A stretch of 64,000 nucleotides of DNA, taken from assembly GCF_018977255.1 (NCBI RefSeq), contig NW_024704743.1:35404001-35468000 (forward strand), given 5' to 3'. Of this stretch, positions 12,649-26,297 are shown piece after piece (the stretch's first letter is position 1; each line of letters opens with the position of its first letter). The DNA is from Callorhinchus milii. Lineage: Eukaryota. The notes under the pieces are model-generated. The model was not told the origin of the DNA. It was given only the letters and a program-made list of their open reading frames with translations, and did not search any database. The position numbers and the translations under genes were made by a program.

Positions 12649-12937
12649 AAATAATAATATAATCCTTGCATTTGATATAGCGCCTGATCACGACATTGAG
12701 ACGTCTCAAAACGCTTCACAGAATATATTGTAAAGTGGATTGATGTGTATTTTGTGGGCATAATGTGGCAGCTAATTACGCACAAGCCGTGTCCCGCAAA
12801 CAAATGACCACTTTTTTGAGGGTTTATTACCCCCGGAAAGGGATTTGCCTAACAATCAACTAACAATCAGGTTCCTACTTACTACTAGTAAACACGGGCA
12901 TGTGGAGTAAGGAAACTTGCCTAAGGTTTTGGCCCAA
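12649..12937 (-). mobile_element. Young SINE, long variant, head truncated
   Basis: Same body as 11095-11437 and 63078-63412, including CCCCGGAAAG...CAACTAACAATCAGGTTCCTACTT. Confidence 0.85.
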
Positions 12938-14979
12938 GTCCCTGCAGACCATCATATTTTTACTCCTCTTGGTTCTTTCATAGTATTTGTTTGATCCTCT
13001 TTTGAATAAAGATTGTATTAATTTCTAGATAATGAGGAGGTGAAAGAAATGCAAATTAAAACACTTTTATGCATCTACACGATACATTAATGCAATTCAG
13101 TTCCTATGGGATATGAACACATGTTTACCAAATAGACAGCTAACACACTGAGTTAACTCAATGCATTTCACTCAAGATATTATCAGTGTCTTCTGATAAA
13201 GCACCAGCTAACTGTGGCCCCTTAATGAATGATGGAGAACAAAACAGATTGAGAAGTATCTACTAGCTTTTGAAATGTACTTCATATTGACAACTTTGAT
13301 TTGCATTGCTTTGCTACAAGTAGCTTCTACTCCGAGACCAGTGAGTTGATTAAGTACACACTTACCAACCTCTATCTCCTGATAATCAACCATAGATTAG
13401 CATGTGATGAATCTGCAGTGACTACATCGCTATTATTAATCCTTCAACATGCATATCAGCAGCAGTAGCTTACATCAGTGGCATAGTGTCCTGGCAACTG
13501 ACGTCTCCCGTAACACCTGCAACCATCAAAATAAAGAGTGAAAACTAAATTGAACTGTCCTCATCAACACCACAGAAAATGTAAGAAAAGCTACTGGATA
13601 CATGGAGGTGATTTTATCACTGTTAATGGGATTGAAAAAGCACTTCTTAGCAAAGCGTTAGTGTTACTGGTGTCTCACAGCTGGAACAAGCACTTTGCTA
13701 TAAAAAGTGCTTCTCCATCAGAGAATCTGTGTTAGAATCTGAGATCACCAAGGCCTTGCAGGGAACATACAGGGAATTCCCTACAGGCAGTGTAGTTTAT
13801 GTGACAAAGTCCTTTTTCCAGCATTGCCGCTTTCTTGTGGAAGTCTCTTTCAGCCGACGTGGAATTAAATTGCTTGAATTTTGCTCTTCCAGTTTACGAA
13901 AGTATCTGAATCCCTTATTGAGACTACTGCCTTGTAATCATATTGTGATATTCATTGGTTTTAATAGTCTCAAGCTCTATCTTTCAAGCCAAACATTATA
14001 AATCAGTTGTGATAGTATGCACCGGGTTGTGTCAGCCTGTGTCACAGCAACCACAGGTGCTAGGCTTCAACTGACCATGCCCATATCTCTCCATCTTGGG
14101 AAGCCAGTGTTCACATTCAGGCCTTTGAATGTTTCAAATTTAGAGCATTTTTCAATAATATCACAGAATTAATGGATGTCTTGTGGATTATGTCAAGTAA
14201 TATAATCCAGATTGGTTGCAACCCGAGGCCTCCAAAATGCACTTTCACATTCACCGTTGAGCCTCACAGCAGTAGTGGCTGAGGTTCAAGATCAATGGAA
14301 AGAAGTATTGTTTTGATTTATCCAAACAGCACCAAAGTTCAGGTTTGTGTCACAGGTACACTATCAGCGTTTTAGTTCAAAACATCTATAAAACGAGCCT
14401 TAGACAAGCTCTCCCTCTTTATGCAAAAGACTTTGCTTTTACTAGCTGTACCCGTTGCAGCTACGCTTGCAGCCAAAGGATCCAATATGGAATGTAGATT
14501 GGCACACAGACAGGCATTTTGTCTTTTTCTATACTGATCTGGGAAGACTCCTGTGGGAGGACACCTTTTGGGAGGAGTAGGTGCTTTAAAAATGTAATTT
14601 TGTTGTTGCTGCGACTTAGCTTTGTCTGTGTTGTTTATTTTGTTCCATCCGCTTGGCTATGTGCGTGCTATGTGACGCAGGATACCACAGCGCCACGGTC
14701 AGCTGGCGTGGCCACCAGTTGTAACTGCAGTGTGTGGGTACATACGTAGGTGCTCTGTAACGCATGATGCCACAGTGCGATTTTGACTCAGCGGCCACCA
14801 GCTGCAGCAAAAAACACAAAACTGAAAATAACTCATGAACCCGATACCTGAAAACAGCCATGCCCATGTCACTCCCAGTTTCAAGACATTTCCAATGAGG
14901 TGTAAATCATGCCTCTGCGTCAATTGGTTATTGAGATCCGTCTTGAAGCGCAGACAGTCATTGTCGTTTTATTAGAAGA

Positions 14980-15955
14980 AATAGTAATGTTGCACTTGAT
15001 TTAGTGTCTTATCACATTGTTGAAATGTCTTGAAGTGCTTCACAGGATTTACTGTAAAGTGGAGTGAATGTATAGTTGTAGGCGAACGTGACAGTCAATT
15101 TGCACACAGCAGTGTCCCACAAACAGCCATGGCATGAATGGCCAATGGTCATTTCCATTCAATCCTAGTTTTTGGTGTTTTTCTGAATAATATCAAAGAC
15201 ATGTAAACATTGATAATTCCTTGCTTGTCACAGATGTCATGCTCTTCAGATCCACAAACAAATCTGACATGGTTTCCCAGACATTCTTCATTTTTTTTCA
15301 CAAAGAAAGATACATCAAGGGTGTTAGGCAGAGTACCACCAAGGTTAAAAAGAATAGCATGGAACAGTGGTAGCAAACCCTTGACCCACAGGCTGGAGTG
15401 GTCCTTAGGGCCATCAGGAACTGGCTCCCTGAACATTCATACCAGTCCAGGTGAGTCCATTCCAAATTGTTTTACCCACAAAATATACAGTCAATCCACT
15501 TTACAGTATATTCTATGAAGCCCTTTGAGACGAGTCGAAGATGTGAGAAGGTGCTGTATCAAATGCAAGGATTATTATTATCATTGTTTCCAGTAGCTAC
15601 AGAGAGGTGACGCCCATAGGGTGGCCGTAGATGAAGAAATATTCAATCAAGAAAATGTATTTTGTTGGCCAACCAAAAAGGCAGTAGAGGATGAAATAGG
15701 TTAATTGTTAGATGATGCATGACTTGGATGCCTGTAGGTTTTAAAATGGAATGGGAAGATAATCCAGTTGGTATAGTGTCTTTCACATCATGAGGATATC
15801 TTAAAGCTGTTCACAGGAATTACTGTTAAATTCAGTAACTGTATTTTGTAGGTAAACGCAGCAGCCAATTTACGCACAACAATGTCCCACCAACAGCCAT
15901 GAAATAAATAAACAATTTTTATGTGGAGGATTGTTAGCCAGGTCACCGGGAGGTA
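14980..15955. mobile_element. Cluster of three Deu-SINE fragments (14980-15150 minus, 15470-15582 plus, 15770-15955 minus)
   Basis: Each carries the CCCACAAACAG / CAATCCACTTTACAG / TCAAATGCAAGGATT SINE motifs. Confidence 0.7.
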
Positions 15956-17419
15956 AAGGAGTTCCACTTCAAAGGCAAAGGTGACATGAACAATAGATAA
16001 TCTATCAGGAAAACATCAACCTAAACTGTGTACAATAAGTGGAAGAAGCTCCCCCTGTACTACCACCATTTATTTCCAAGTCCTTAAACATTCTTAATGA
16101 GAAACCGAATTCCATCAGGGACAATAATGTAACCACTGTCAATTTACATGGCCCTACTGAACAATCAATAGCTAAATATCCCTAAATTTTACAATTTATA
16201 AAAGAAGCACGGAATCCTCAAATATATTTTCAACTCTATTCCATCGTGGGACCTTTTCATTTCATACTAAATTGCTATATTCATTTTATTATTTTAGGAT
16301 TTTTTTTTATTTATTATTTTCCTGCTTTTGAACCTATGAGATCTTATGATCTTAAATTTCTTACATGCAAAACACTGGAGATTTGTCTGTAGAAAAGATT
16401 TCCACATTGCAACCTCTGCTGACCAGTTTATCTCATCTGACAGAGTAGGACAAACAAACAAACTGGCTCAGTTCTCCTATATCACACTTTTTTTGCTGGG
16501 AGGGGGTTTAAGTCGAAATGGCTTTTAGATGGAACTGGTAGGTAAAGATATTCGGAGGAAGGACAATAATCTTATTTTGCAGACTCCACAACAAATGCCA
16601 AAAAGGTTGGAACAGTTTGTCACCTGTGGGATGTGGATGATTGACAAACCTATTTCTAAAACATTGATTGGTGAATTGCATTTTGTACAGTTATCAACTG
16701 TCAGGAAGCGACTTTTAGAAGGGAATAAAAGGGCATTCAACCACCTCATGAGTCAATTTCAGAAGGTGTTCTTGCATGGCATTTGTAAGACTGCCTGTCT
16801 GAAGCAATTCACACACGTTCACGAAACACCATTGTTCACATCTTTCAATAAAGGGGATCTCCCATCAGATAGATCATTGCTACTTTCTGAGTTGCGTTCA
16901 GCAGAACCAAAGGTTCCTGCTCTTGTGCAAATACTACTGAGTGAAAATCTTAGATGTATGAAGGACCACAAACAAAATAACTAAATAATCCACATTAGTA
17001 GTGTTTCTTGTTCTTGGAATTATGCCAAATTTTCTAAGCACTAAACATCCACCCAATGATTTTGATCACACTCAGAACTGTATGAGACTTCTAGGATTTT
17101 TTTTAATTCAAAAGGATTGCAAATGTACATTGGATTGTTATAATCAGATATTCCCAAAGCAAAGCTATCTTTTGTATTTATAGTTTGAAATGTTAATGGG
17201 AAGCCAAAAAATTATAAAACTGCTGTTAGGAAACAAAGTACCTCAGGATGTAAAGTGTGAGAACAGCTCAGAGCAATGTTCTCGTGGTTGACATAAAGTG
17301 CATTGGATTCCCTGCAGGAGACAGTTTGCTTTCTGAGGCACCATTTACCCTGCAATTTTGCCATTTTAAGTACTTTTTCAATCCCAGTGTCAATCCAACT
17401 CAATGAAATTTACACTGGG

Positions 17420-17730
17420 AAGGTTCCAGGCGCAATCTCTCGTCTGTGGGGCTGCATAACATCTGATAACAATGCATCAATGGCCCTGGATTAGAGAAGA
17501 AAAAACAGCCAGAGTTTCTCCTGATTGGTATCTGGTGACTCCTGTTGAGAGTTATACACTGTCGCATTAGAAAAGGATTGGGTCTTATTTGTGATGCTCC
17601 TCTTGTTCAGTAGCACATTGAAACTAACTGTCTAGTCTCATACAAAGAATAGCCACAATTGCAAGGTAATTATGGAAGCCTTCTGCTAACTATGGAACCA
17701 TACTCCAATATGCGTCAGCCTTCTGGAGGA
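17420..17730 (+). repeat. Ancient dispersed repeat, family unassigned
   Basis: Loose similarity to 43745-43950 and 56040-56110 (AAAAANCAGCC...CTGAT..TATCTGG...GGAT...GCTCATA...AAGAAT...CTATGGAAC). Confidence 0.45.
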
Positions 17731-18174
17731 TGCTTGAAACAGCAGATTATTTTAAAGGGTTGGGAACTCAGCAGGTGAATGGGAACAGATTAGATTAGAT
17801 TTTATGTGCTGAAAGGCCTGGGCTCTAAAAAAAACTTAGAATCTGTGAACGAAAGAGGAGAAAATTAGTGAAAAAAGGAAATGAGCAAAGAAGTCATTAA
17901 AAATGTTTCAGGGATTAGTTTGCATAGAGTAAGCAGCTGCTGCTCAAGTTTCGTTCCTCGAACAGGAGGAACCGTCACTCAATGGGAAGAGATACGGGTC
18001 CCAGCTGTGGGTAGAAGGATGGTGCCATTTTATGCTCAAGCACTCAGGGCTTGAGGCCAGGCATCCAGGGCCTGGTACCTGTTATCCACTAGTGAGGGCT
18101 CAACCTGCACTTAGCAGATGCCACATGACCAACTGGTGATTATACTCCTAGGATGGCGGATAAGATGGTTTTTT

Positions 18175-20379
18175 TTTTAAACTGAACTGCCTCTAAGGTA
18201 ACATGTTTGGCAACAAAATATCGGAATCAAGTTAATTCTCTGTGGTGATCTCAGTAATCCGGTTTCTGAGCTGGGTAATCCTGCAGTACTCCAGGGGACT
18301 GCTGGTAACAGACCAGCCAGCCTGGCACATTGGCTGGGCCAAAAGAAATGTGCGGACATATTTGCTCCAAATTGCAGGGAATTTGGTGGAGAAGTTTGGT
18401 GAATTTTGTGGGGAATTGTGAAGGATTGATTAGTGCTATTAGGAGATGCATTTTGTAAAACAATCCAGCCAACTCCATCCATAGTAGCAGTGTCGAGCAA
18501 ACAGGGCAAGAGGCCCAGGGCCTAGCACACCATGTACAGGTTTGTAGAGACTGCGCTCGTGAAAGTCACAAACTATGTCCTCTCTATCTGTGACCAGGGG
18601 CTCCCTCTGCCACCTCATCCTCCTGGACTTCTCTGCTGCGTTCGACACAGTCAATCTCGCCATCCTCCTCCACCGCCTGTCCTTCATCATCCACCTGAGT
18701 GGGACCGCACTCGCTTGGTTCAAGTCCTTCCTTACAAAACGCCAGCACTACATTTCCGCAAATGGGTTCTCTTCTGCCCCCACCTGATCACCTGCGGGGT
18801 ACCCCAAGGCTCCATCCTTGACCCCCCTTCTCTTCCTCATCTGTATGCTCCCACTCAGTGATGTCATCAGCAGACACGGGGTTAACTTCCACATGTATGC
18901 GGATGACACTCAACTCCACTTCTCCTTCAGCTGCACTCCCCAGTCCCCTGATGTTCTGTCAGCTTGTCCGACAGACATCATGGCTTGGATGAGTGCAAAC
19001 TTCTTGCAGTTAAATGTCAACAAGATGGAAGCCATACTCTATGGCTCCTGTCAAAGTCTTCAGACGTCCTCAACCTATACGATCTGTCCTTAAAGCTCTC
19101 TGAACCCATGCGCAACTTAGGCGTCAGGTTTGATCCCCAGTTATCCTTCCTCGTCCATATCCGGTCCCTGGCCAGGACTACGTTCCTCCACCTCCGCTAC
19201 ATTGCCTGTCTCCGACAATACTTCACTCCACAAGCTGCTGAATCCCTTGCCCACGCCTTTGTCACCTCTCGACTGGACTACTCTAACGCCCTCCTCACCA
19301 TTCTCCCCTCCACCATTATTCACAAAATTCAACTCATCTAAAACTCTGCCGCCAGTATTCTCACCCGCACTCAACTCCATACCCCAATTACCCAAGTCCT
19401 TGCCAAACTCCACTGACTCCCTGTCACAAAGCAGTTCAACTTCAAGATCCTAATTCTAGTGTTTAAGTCCCTTCATGCCTTGGCACCCCTCTGTCTTTCC
19501 AACCTCCTCTCTCCTCGCAGCACTACCTGCTGCCTCCACTCTGCTGGCTCCAGCCTCCTCCTTGTCCCTTAAAACCTCCATTTCACTATCAGCGACTGTT
19601 CCTTCGACCGCTACGCCCCAAAACTATGGAACTCCCTCACTCAATCCCTTTGTCTTGCCCCCTCTTTCCCCATTTTCGGGTTGCACCTGAAGACCTTCTT
19701 TTTCGACCGTGCCTATGGTCACCTTCCCCCTCTCCCTGGCTCAGCATTGGGCTCTGCCATTGTTAAGCGCTCTGGGATGCCATCCGGCATGGAAAGTGCT
19801 ATTTAAAAGCAAGTGTTTTTGTACAGGCTTGTAGCAAGGCCTAGCATACTGTATGTACAGGTTTGTACCGGACGGTTTGTTTGTAGCATGTTTGTCGCAG
19901 ATGAGGGCATTCGTAGCAGATTCAGCAGCAGAAGTGCAGTTGCACTTTTCTATTGGCCCAGTTCATTGGCGGGACTTGGAGAGTAGACTGGTTACTGGAG
20001 GAGTGATTTTTTCCTCTCAGCTCCTGTTAATCCTGCAAGCCAAAGCTCTAATGGATAAGTTGGTTGTAGTTGACTAGTAACGGGAAGCTTACCAGACAGT
20101 GCTTTCAATGGCAAGCTATGCGGTTTTAGCTGGTTAGGCTGCAGCAATACGTCAACACACACTCTGACGTCCCCAAGCTCTTGTCAATCTACATCTAATA
20201 CTCTCCAGAATTAGGTAAACAGGGTCCATTCCTCTAGGGAGTAAATGTATGTTGTGTCCAGACACAGAAAAATATCTATGTGTAGATGGCATACTTATAT
20301 GGTAAATTCAATCTGTTTGGATACTCTTAAGCATGCTGAAGGGGTTTTGCATGTTTCAGACACTCAGCTGACCAAAAAA
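18175..20379 (+). mobile_element. Unclassified hairpin-rich retroposon, interrupted by nested insertions
   Basis: 18175-18335 matches the reverse complement of about 48960-49140; homology resumes at 19965 (CATTGGCGGGACTTGG...CTCCTGTTAATCCTGCAAGCCAAAGC) and ends GCTGACCAAAAAA. Confidence 0.7.
18547..19819 (+). mobile_element. L2 LINE, 5'-truncated, frameshifted RT
   Basis: [39 protein letters not shown] and HAFVTSRLDYSNALL across several frames; flanked by TGTACAGGTTTGTAG (18533-18547) and TGTACAGGCTTGTAG (19820-19834). Confidence 0.93.
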
Positions 20380-20589
20380 TGTTCCATTCCATTGACTGTT
20401 CTTGATGGTATATGACTAGAGAGTTCTTGATGCTGATTGTGAGCTATTGGCAGCTCTTCTCAATGACCACAAATGATTCAGTTTTCTTTCAATTATTTTA
20501 AAATTAAAGACTGATACATTAGCTCTACAGTCTCCTCCTAGCACAAGATGCATGCTAATAGCTGTCTTTTGTCATCAGTGGTTTAAAAT

Positions 20590-20768
20590 AGTGGAACTCC
20601 CCTCCCAGCACCATCATGGGAGTACCATCACCACAAGGGTTTCAGTGGCTTAAAGAAAAGACCATCTCTCCCGGTCTTTACCGGTCAGCACCTTATCAGA
20701 GCAACCAGAGATGGACAATAAATATTGGCCCTGCCAGTGTCACAACTCCTGAGGTGAATAAAAAAAGA
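20590..20768 (+). mobile_element. LINE 3' end (CR1-group type common in chondrichthyans)
   Basis: TGGAACTCCCCTCCC...CACCACAAGGG..CAGTGGCTTAAAGAA...GATGGACAATAAATATTGGCC..GCCAGTG...TGAATAAAAAAA resembles a remembered shark LINE tail. Confidence 0.5.
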
Positions 20769-22104
20769 ACACTTCTATGATAAAGATCTTGTTTTATTCA
20801 TGTTTTATTCATGTTTTATTAACTTTTTATCAGACATCAGATTGTTATTGTAAAAGCTACAAAAATTTGAAACTATGAAATACTTATTACCATTCATTTG
20901 CCATACAGCAATTTTTTTTATGATCTGCATTTAGAAAGCTACGATCTATAGTGTTGCACAACCTTGGGACAGATTTTTTTCACTTGGCTTAGATGTCACA
21001 AACAGCTTGAAATAACACAATGAACAAACCATTTTTGTCATACAGTTTTATCATGTATGTAGATTAACTAACAATGGATGTTTTAGCTTCAAAGACATTT
21101 TTAAAAAGTTTGAAACATTTTCTCGGAGGATCTCTTAGATATAAGAGCATTGTTTCTCTGTTAGAGATCTCAGAAGCAAGATCTCAGTGAAGTCAACATT
21201 GTGATTCCTCCAGACCTGCAAGTTAATATTGACAGTTAACTTTACTGTGACTTGTACTACAGAACCTGTGAAAATCTACATGAGATCTTGTGATTAATAC
21301 GGTAAGACTTTAAGCAGAAACAATTCAATATACTACACAATAGTCTCCTCAGAGACTAATTTCACTCTTAAGTATTCGCCAGTTACATCTAAAATCATAT
21401 AAGAGAAAGCAATCTTATGAAGTGATCTTTGAATGTCTTTCCTGTACTCCAGAGTATTTCTAGCACATAACTCTTGTTTATGGTACACCTCAGAATACTG
21501 TTTCTAAAAATCTCTTGCAGTAGTTTAAAAATAATCCTTCACCAGCAAGCAGTTTTGAATTATCCGAGAACCTAATTGTATTACATTTATGTTTCCTTGA
21601 TTAAATAACCATGGTTATAGGATAACATGACTGGTAATAGGTAGGCAACATTCTTAATCTGATTATTGTCATGTACAGAAAAGGCTGGTATTAGAATCTC
21701 ATTAATTTGTTTGTATAATTTGCTTCCCAATTAGAAAGCAATTTTTTCAGGAGCACTAGATTGGTGAGGAAACCAATGTTCTACTAATCTGTTCTGCGAC
21801 TGGGCTTGATTCTGAGTCACTAAAACTGTCATTGATTGCAACAGGAATGATTTTTGTTTTCCCCAATGAGATGAAAGACTGACTGTAGAGAGGAACAAAC
21901 TGTAGATACATTAGACTGAAGAAGATAAACTGCATGCTAAGAAAAATGTTGTATTATAACCTTGCAGGCACATTGGATTTAGTCTTTCTCAAATTGTCTC
22001 TCACATTCTGTTTTGCATAGAATTTATTCCGCTGTTTGAGCATAACAATCTCAATTTGCACTAGAATATAAAAAAAATTGTAGAATTACAAGGGAAAAAT
22101 TACA

Positions 22105-23146
22105 AAGGGAGAGGTGCCAGGGGATTGGAGAAAGGCAAATGTTACTCCTATTTTTAAAAAAGGTAACAAAAGGTGACCCAGGAAACTACAGACCAGTAAC
22201 TTTGACATCCATTGTGGGTAAAATTATGAAGACTCTTATGAAGGATAAATTCATGGAGCAGTTGGACAGAAATAAAATCATAAATGATAGCTAATATAGA
22301 TTCATGAAGGGAAGGTTTTTGCCAATCTAATTTACGGTTTTGCTTTGACAGAGTTACAAGGGAGCTTGATAAGGGTAAGGCTGTGGATGTTATATATCTG
22401 GATTTCAGTAAGGCCTTTGATGCAGTTCCTCTTGAGGGGTTGGTACTGAAGGTACAAAAAGCAGGAATAAGTGGAGTTATATTACATTGGATACGAATCA
22501 ATTGGTTGACCGAAGAACCCAGAGGGTGGTGATACAGGGAGTGTCATCAAACTGGGAAAATTTTACCAGTGGAGGTCCGCAAGGATCTGTTTGGGATCTC
22601 TTTTGCTTAATATTTTTATAATTGATCTGGAACTAGGAGTCCCAATCATTGTGGCTAAGATTGTAGATGACACCAAGCTAATGAAGGTGGTAGATTGCAA
22701 AGCTGAACAAGATAGGTTACAGAAAAATTTTGAACATACTTGGGAATTGGGCAGATCAGTGGCAGATGAAATTCAATTTGGAGAAATGTAAAGTACTTCA
22801 CATGGGGACAAAAAATCCTGGAAGGGACTATTATTTGAACATAAGGAAAATAATATGTATGGAAAATGAAAAGGACATGGGGTTCCTCACTGACAATAAA
22901 TTGAAGCTCTCACAACAATGCTCTGCGTCAGTGAGTAAAGCAAACCAGATGTTGGGATACATCGAAAGATCAATAGCAAGCCAAAATAGTGGGGTAATCC
23001 TGCCACTGTATAAATCATTGGTGAGACCATATTTAGAGTCTGTGTACAGTTCTGGTCACCACAGTACAAAAAGGATATTGGAGAAATCGAGAAGATACAG
23101 AGATGGGCAACCAAAATGATTGAGGGAATCGAAGGACTGGACTATG
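22105..23146 (+). mobile_element. CR1 LINE ORF2 (RT) fragment, disrupted
   Basis: [57 protein letters not shown] (degenerate FADD), WQMKFNLEKCKVLH and LPLYKSLVRPYLE, with frameshifts. Confidence 0.93.
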
Positions 23147-23379
23147 CTTCACTCGTCGGCTTTGGCAACCTACGAACAAAGTTTTTTTTGTTTATCTGCT
23201 TTTTACTTTGAAAAAATGATTTTCCTTCATGAAAACCCAATAAGTGCATCCAACTATGTGTTTTACCCAAAAGCAACAGTCAATGGGATAATTTTGCAGA
23301 GATTTGTGCTATCTGTGGACCTGTACCCTGCCATACGTTGTGGAACCAAGACCTTCAAGAAAAGAAGAAGGGAAGGGAG

Positions 23380-23800
23380 AAAATTGGAGGAGAAAAATAA
23401 TTATTAAAAAAAAAACCATTTTAATTGATGAATGTACTGTGGATATAATTGTATGTCTTGACTGTGAGAAAGCTATAAAAGGTCCCTTACAGGAGATGTA
23501 CGAATAAAGTCTTAAAGTCATGGGATCAGGGAGGAAATTGTAAAGTGATTTATGAATTGGTTGAATAATTGGACAAAAGCCAGTTTCCTTTGTTAATCTG
23601 ATTCATCTTTGATTGGCCCATCTTGTCCAAAGATTTATCAATAACCTTGGTGAATATATACTGTCTAGGATGGCTTACGTTTGCAAATCATACCAAGTTG
23701 TCTGTGAAACCAGGTCATCTCAATTACAGGATTGTTATTGAACAAATCTAGATACTTATTTTGCAGATAAATGGCATTTCATATTCAGAAATTCCAAATG
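23380..23800 (+). mobile_element. Highly decayed CR1 RT remnant
   Basis: Traces of VDIIVCLDCEKA, HGIREE, FINNL and FANHTKL motifs. Confidence 0.45.
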
Positions 23801-23821
23801 AACCATATTGGTATTAAAAAA

Positions 23822-23983
23822 CAGTAAACTCTCGATAACTTGTCACTACCACTTAAGTCATCATGCACTCAATATCCTGGCCGTATTTATTTATGCATTT
23901 ATATGTATGCTAAACTCACCACTCCTGATAACTTGTCACTGAGCCCTTTTCCCTTGGAGTAACGAGTCATTGGGTGTTTACTG
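23822..23983. mobile_element. Tc1/mariner (Tigger-like) MITE
   Basis: Terminal inverted repeats CAGTAAAC...GTTTACTG with TA on the right side; a related copy lies at 3460-3590. Confidence 0.6.
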
Positions 23984-24392
23984 TAACAAGCACCATGAAA
24001 ATATATCATTAAAGTGAACCAGACAAAACATGGAATGTAATAATTAATTGCCTTTGGAAATGTGATCACAGTGTGTAGGACCAATTTCTATAGCAAAAAA
24101 TAATGTTAGGCGAATGAGTAGATAAATGACTAATCCTTGCATTTGATAACAATATCTTTAACTTCGGGAAGGTGTCTCAAAGCGCTTCATGGGATTTACT
24201 ACAAAGTGTAGTAACTGTATTTCGTAGGCAAGATTCATTGTCTAAATCCATCGAGTGGAAGTCTACATAAGTGATGCATAGATTCTATAAAAGCACTGAA
24301 TGTGTATTAGATCCAGTTTGGGTCAATAACTTAATAAACACATAAAGATGTGGGAAAGCATTGAAAGAAGGACAGTAGGATTTTTCCTGGTT

Positions 24393-24714
24393 ATAATAAT
24401 AATAATATAATAATCCTTGCATTTGATATAGCGCTTTTCATGTCTTCTAGACGTCCCAAAGCGCTTCACAGAATATACTGTAAAGTGAATTGACTGTATA
24501 TTTGTGGACGAACGCGGCAGCCAATTGTGCACAGCAGTGTCCCACAAACAGTCATGGATTGAAAATGACCAATTTATTATGGTTTTGTTTTTTGGAGGGA
24601 TTATTATTAGGCGTGTGGAGTAAGGAAACTTGCCCAAGGTTTCGCTCTGCCTGGAATTGAACTCAGGTCTCTCACTTGCAAAACGAGTGCTCTAACCACT
24701 GAGCTGCAGGACTC
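24393..24714 (-). mobile_element. Young tRNA-CORE-Deu SINE, full-length short variant
   Basis: A/B-box head, CCTTGGGCAAG, Deu-like motif, L2-like tail and (TAA)n; near-identical to 37085-37402 and 39152-39476. Confidence 0.93.
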
Positions 24715-26297
24715 ATGGAGAAGTACTGTATCTGCCTTACACTCAGCTGTTCTTATCTACTCAAATTATTTCATTGAAAGATATTGTTGGTCATGTCAAC
24801 AAAGTTTAACTTTCTTTCACATTTTGAATTATTTATCTTTAAACAGAGGTTAAGGCAGCTCAGACAGCTTCCACTGGAAAAAGATAAGGGACGGGAACTG
24901 AAAGTGTTTAAAACAACAAAATGAATCAAAAGGGTAAATCCAAAAAAATAAATTTTGAGTAGAACCAGAAAGATAATCCAGAACACATAATTATCAAAGT
25001 ATGGAAACAGCGAGTAAGATTTAACTTAAGGTATAAGTCCTTCAAACATTACAAATTTATTAAATAGACTACCTCCTCAGTGAAGTGAATATAATCTTGG
25101 TTAGAAGTTTGGACATTTGAACATCTGGATTTGGCAAATAGATACATTTCCGATTCAACCAAGCAGATGATTTCAGGTTGTTACCAAAGTGGGAAGAAGA
25201 TGAAAATGTCCTATTATTCCTTTGAATATGACCTGCCCTCAAACACACACCCAATACACTTAACAGCAATTCCTGTGAAGCACTTTGAGACCTTTGAATG
25301 TTACAGACAATATATCAAATGCATGGATTATTTTACTATAATTATGAAGTTAGATATACTGAATGGGCTTTTCATTGTGATTAGAGTTTTCCTTTGATTA
25401 ATTATGTAAGTCACCAACATTTTTCTCATAGCTTGCAGTTCTTTGAAAAATATACTGTATTGATTTCTTCTTCAGATGTTGCAATCTCATCATGGCAGGA
25501 TATTCAACAACCTTCCTGTGGTCAATGTTCCTATTACAATCAATTCAATTATTCCACATTTTTAGCCATCTCTTACACAAATTTTAACAAGCTGGGAATG
25601 CCAGTCCACTAATAAGTATCCTTGGAAAGACATGGATAGATTTTTTTCAACTGCTATTAATGTCATGTCATTGTCATTTAGTTAAACCCAAATAGGTTCA
25701 TGTTATTTTTGCATTTTTGCTATCTGCCAGCTAAGGCAGATGTTCTTCCTGTCGAATTGTCTTTGAATTAAATGCCTGCCAGTGCCGACCTTAAGATCTG
25801 TCCTTAATCCCTCTCTGCAATTGACATCCACAATACTTATTCTGTTACAGTTCTTAAGTAGGACTTTGGGTTAGAAACACTGGAGTATAAATGGTGTCTT
25901 GACAGCAGGAAAAAAGGACTCAATATTATTTCCACTTTCTGTGCTGTGTCCTCCTAACCGCCGGCTCCTGCCGCTACCATAGGAGGACATTTACCAGAGC
26001 CGGTGGGAGCGGAAGTTGGAATATTGGAAATGGTCTTGATCAGGATAAAATCACCTGCTGGTCATATGCGGCCCACAGGCTGCCAGTCGGACCATGCTGG
26101 ATTAGAGCATCCCAGCTACCCTAGTTTGTAGATCTTAATCAGTCTTCCACATTCAACTTCAGAGCTGTGGCTGCCAATGGAGCTCATCATTTCCTTTGAC
26201 TGAAAGTGAATAGTTCATGAAGCTGATTTGGAAAGTCAATCAATTTAATGCAAATTTTTATGTCTTCCTGGGTTTTCAGAGCAGAGTGATATTACTC

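Noticed and set aside
15306..15450. Plus-strand 145-nt exon candidate with CAG|GTGAGT donor
   Set aside because: Weak AAG acceptor, wedged between SINE fragments, unrecognisable peptide. It ends in phase 1, so it cannot be formally excluded from the exon chain.
16529..16984. 151-aa ORF in unique sequence
   Set aside because: No recognisable domain, no convincing donor site, and no phase link to the exon chain. One ORF of this length can occur by chance in 64 kb; a BLASTP search would settle it.
24323..24637. Recurrent ORF MGKFPYSTRLII...KCKDYY (also 39113-39400 and 56132-56494)
   Set aside because: Translation of SINE copies; the recurrence reflects the repeat, not a gene family.
26055..26107. 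hAT/Charlie-like terminus (GCGGCCCACAGGCTGCCAGTCGGACCATGCTG)
   Set aside because: No matching opposite TIR or paired TSD found, so it is not called as a feature.
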